From the NCBI GenBank assembly GCA_001949185.1, contig BDGG01000002.1, positions 4,640,448 to 4,704,447 on the forward strand: DNA of 64,000 nt, given 5' to 3'. The stretch comes from Ramazzottius varieornatus (lineage: Eukaryota; Animalia; Tardigrada). The position numbers and the translations under genes are program-made. The notes under the pieces are model-generated. The model had not been told where the DNA came from. It saw only the letters and a program-made list of their open reading frames with translations, and ran no database searches. Positions 60,601-64,000 of this stretch are shown here, in pieces. How positions within the stretch are numbered: position 1 is the first letter of the stretch; each line of letters opens with the position of its first letter.

Positions 60601-61725
60601 CCCAAGAAAGGCTCCCCAGCTCAAGCTCGTGCCTCAATGAACCTGTTCAACAACCAGGCTGGACGTATGGTACGTGAGATATTCGCGTTGTCCTGTAAAT
60701 GCGACTTCGGCGAATGAATCCACCCCGATCGGTTACCCAAGTGGCGCACGCTCATAGCGAGTAACAGTGCGAACGTTCGCCACTTGGGAAAAACCAACCG
60801 GGTGGAATCTTTCGATGACGTCCCAGTTAGTTTTCAGAAATAGTGTTAACAGGGTTCTTCAGCTCAAGACTTCAGAAAATTTTGCACGGTAACTACGGTC
60901 TGCACGCAGGCGTTGCATTCGTGGGAATGTGGAGCTTTAGGAAAAGAAACATTCACAGCTTTAATAAGTTTGACCTAATTGCTGTCGTTTACTGAGCAAA
61001 TATCAACATATGAGAAATTTACAATCGATTCCCATGTGGTTAATTTGCGAAGGAAGTGACGCTTAGCAGAGAGCACATCTTAAATACCGCGATGATGTAC
61101 ATGAGCTCCTTTGCTTTGTAGGCTGTATACAAGGCGGCGAAGCCAGCCTGCAAGTGCCATGGAGTCAGCGGGTCGTGCAGCCTTCGAACTTGCTGGCAGC
61201 AGCTCCCGCCATTTCGAGAAATTGGGAAGAAGATCAAACTGCGATATGACGCCGCAACCAAGATGGCAGTTGATAAGAGAGGAAATCTTCAAGTGACGGA
61301 AGCCGGATACAAGAAGCCTTCCTCGTTGGACTTAGTGTACTTGGAAGAGAGCCCAGATTACTGCGTGTACAATAAGAAGACCGGAAGTTTGGGTATGAGT
61401 TTTTTCGTGGGCAAGAATTGCTTGTGCCAAGTGCTCGCTTGTCTGTTCCAGGGACGAAAGACAGGAGATGCAATCCATTGTCTCAGGGAACTGACGGTTG
61501 TGAGATCATGTGTTGCGGACGAGGATTCAATACCAAGAAGGTTCGTCGATTTCGTGGCCAGCCACAGCTTTAGCAAAGGCTTCTTGCTCACCTGTACTTC
61601 TTCACCCACCGATATTTGTTTTGCAGGAAGTCGTAAGGGAGCAGTGTGATTGCAAGTTTCAATGGTGTTGTTATGTTGTGTGTAAAACCTGTGAGCGAAC
61701 TCTGGAGACTCATACATGTAAATAG
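57646..61725 (+). CDS. Wnt5: Wnt5 ligand, 6 exons (approx. 57646-57755, 57953-58224, 60377-60669, 61122-61392, 61452-61540, 61627-61725)
   Basis: Signal peptide; [110 protein letters not shown]. Confidence 0.93.
57795..57905. repeat. Palindromic repeat family A copy (Wnt5 intron 1)
   Basis: ggatcgtttttcgggtaacgcagaactgcagccaaaaacaatgacaacgcgcgccacttgagatgacg. Confidence 0.65.
59942..60047. repeat. Palindromic repeat family A copy (Wnt5 intron 2)
   Basis: accagatcgtttttctcaagtggcgcacacttccagccaaatacagtaaaaatttgcgccacttttagaaagccatctggt. Confidence 0.85.
60702..60822. repeat. Palindromic repeat family A copy (Wnt5 intron 3)
   Basis: gaatccaccccgatcggttacccaagtggcgcacgc...gcgaacgttcgccacttgggaaaaaccaaccgggtggaatc. 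Confidence 0.85.
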
Positions 61726-64000
61726 CATCTGGCTACAGATGGCGCTGTGAACTAACCTTTCTGACAAATCTGGGCGTCTTACAAAATTTAACGTGCTTCT
61801 TAATTTGTCGAGATGTTAAAACGCCTCGGCAATTCCCGCGAAGAGCAAGTCCAGCTTCCAACTGCCGACTTATCCACCGTAAGCGAAGAGTTATTGGTCT
61901 TGGAGTACCGCTGTGGCAAATGCAGCAGAGTACTCGCCCTCGGAACAAGGAGAACAGCGATCCGTTATCAGGATCCGCTATCAGAGCCTGCATGAGTTCA
62001 ATCATGGAGGAACAAACTGTAATATTGAATTGGGAAGGACCTGTTATCGATCTGTCTTACGAAACAATGTGCAACACCTGTAATTGTACGATATCAGCAA
62101 GGTGCGTGTCCAGAACCTTCACAGCCGCAGACCGCGGTATTTGATCAAACTATCCTGGCGTGCCGCTAACAATGTGCAAAACGCTGTTAAGGTTCTCGCC
62201 GTCTTTTACTATGTCCGGTGTACTTGATTGTTTCGAAACACCTCGGTGGTTAAATCCGTGTATGTGCCGATCTAACTGTTGGCCAGGAATTCTATCAACA
62301 GTTTGTCCATAAAGCTACGCCATCCGATTTATCGCGGACGTCTGTTGTAATCTTTAGTTCGTGTGATTACCTATAGATTACTTTATTGTCTGGAAGTGAA
62401 AGACGCGGCGGCAAGAGCGTTGAGCAAGCACTGCACATGTGCCACAGTGTAAATTACGTCTTGAGGTCCACCTTGATCCACTTGCATGCCACGTATGAGA
62501 AATCACCGCGCCGGCTTGATTGGCAGCAGAGCGTGCACTGCGTGTGAAGGTGTAACGACAAAATAAGAGGGTTCATTCTATTCTGATGTATGGATTCGGC
62601 CTTGTTATTGTTGACATTATACTATTTTTGCTGTGATCTACACAGCGAAATCTTACATGTCTAAGTGAGCGACGCTTCTCAAGTACCTAATTCATGTTAA
62701 GATCAAGACCACTGTACCTGGGTTCCCAGCGCCGGAGTCGATGGTTTCACTTACTGGAGCACTGCATGATCATCATTGATTATGTCGTAACGAGTGGTCG
62801 ATGAAAAGTTTGCGCTGTTTCGGCTCAAGACTACTCGTTCTCCACCTTTGTCCGACAAAACCCTACCGTTTTCCAAACTTTCGCCGGATTATACCATACC
62901 CGGATTATCTGCTTTAACTTGGATCTCCTGCCTTTGTATATTCTCCTTTGCTTCCTCTGTGGAATATTTCGGTGCACTCGAATGAAGGACCTCTGGAGAG
63001 CAGTATAAGGGCACACCCTTTCTTCAATTGACCCATGCAGTGAAGATGATATTTGCGAAGGTACGAGTTTTTTTTCACGCAGTTCTGGAGTGATGCATCC
63101 CGACCAAGGGTCTTCGCTGACCAACGGATAAGCCAGTTATGGAAATGGCGAAGATTACAAGGTTTCTTGAGGTGTCAAACATCCCATGTATGAACGATCC
63201 AAAGTCGTGCAACTTCCGGGAAATCAAACATTATGCTAACAGTTGTTAGTTGCACAGATCAATAGGCCCTCTTCCTGCGACACTGAACTTGCCATGAACC
63301 TATAGACAGGGTGAGTTTTGTAATTGTTGACAAAGTTAGAAACAGCAAAGGGAAATTGGCCGCAATGTAGCTTTCGAGACAAGTTTATTGTTCTGCTTTC
63401 CACCTTGAGCAAACACAGAGTTTGCGCTGCTGGTGTATCATCCGTAACGTCCCGCTTCTCACAGCTTGACCAATTAACGCCAACTGCTGTCGAACCAGTA
63501 GCGTTCAAGACTAGATTCTCGCGAGAAATTTGTCCAGTGTTTGACGCGATGGAAAACCTCGAGATTCAACTGAAATTCGCTTTGATATCTGGTAGAGTTT
63601 GGTTTTACGAGAAATCAAACGATATTCGCGCACCAGCATGCAATAACGCCCACGCGACTATAAAAGAAATGTTGAGTGAAGATTGTCTGACCGAAAAGTC
63701 TTCAAGGTGTTTCGTCGTGTGAGGGAGGCTGACTGGTGCCTGTGTGTACACTTGATCTTGATGTTGCCGCTTGACTAGGTTTTCGTGGTCTCGAATCGGA
63801 GCACTCGAACAACAAGTCCACACTCCATCGAGCAGATTTGAATAACCTCGCAGCGCTGTACCTGTGAGAGGTGGAGAAAGCTCATAAGATTAATTTTTTG
63901 CCGTCGTGGGAGCAAAATAGCTCTCAAGGTCAGCAGAATCGTCGTACATCAGGACAGAATCCTAACGGCAAGTTCCGACCTCAAACTAAAGAAGAGGTAA

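Noticed and set aside
362-60822. Family A palindromes as CRISPR repeats or bacterial REP elements/terminators
   Set aside because: They are dispersed, diverged and intronic, with no spacer array or cas genes, and the context is eukaryotic
1-64000. tRNA, rRNA or snRNA genes
   Set aside because: None recognisable by eye; a tRNAscan-SE/Infernal run would be needed to exclude them

Overview
This is a compact, intron-rich animal genome window, not a prokaryotic one. Most introns are 55-170 nt. An ETH-receptor orthologue points to an ecdysozoan; a tardigrade-like small genome is my inference and is not proven. Nine apparently intact spliced genes are recognisable: a GATA1/2/3-type factor (3' end outside the window), a Cys-rich probably GPI-anchored surface protein, LMBR1/Lilipod, an SLC22 transporter, an ETH receptor, TM9SF3, a WNK kinase, Crk and Wnt5. 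Between them lie decayed coding relics and short mobile elements. The most unusual signals are: (1) two diverged, decayed paralogues carrying a MAGI-type PDZ0-guanylate-kinase module plus an unrecognised shared tail, one placed behind Bicaudal-C-like KH domains; (2) a ~115-bp palindromic repeat family with about 11 copies, mostly in introns and twice overlapping a splice donor; (3) three candidate GC-AG introns; (4) a Crk C-terminal SH3 with canonical ligand-binding aromatics. All exon boundaries and family assignments were made by eye, without searches.
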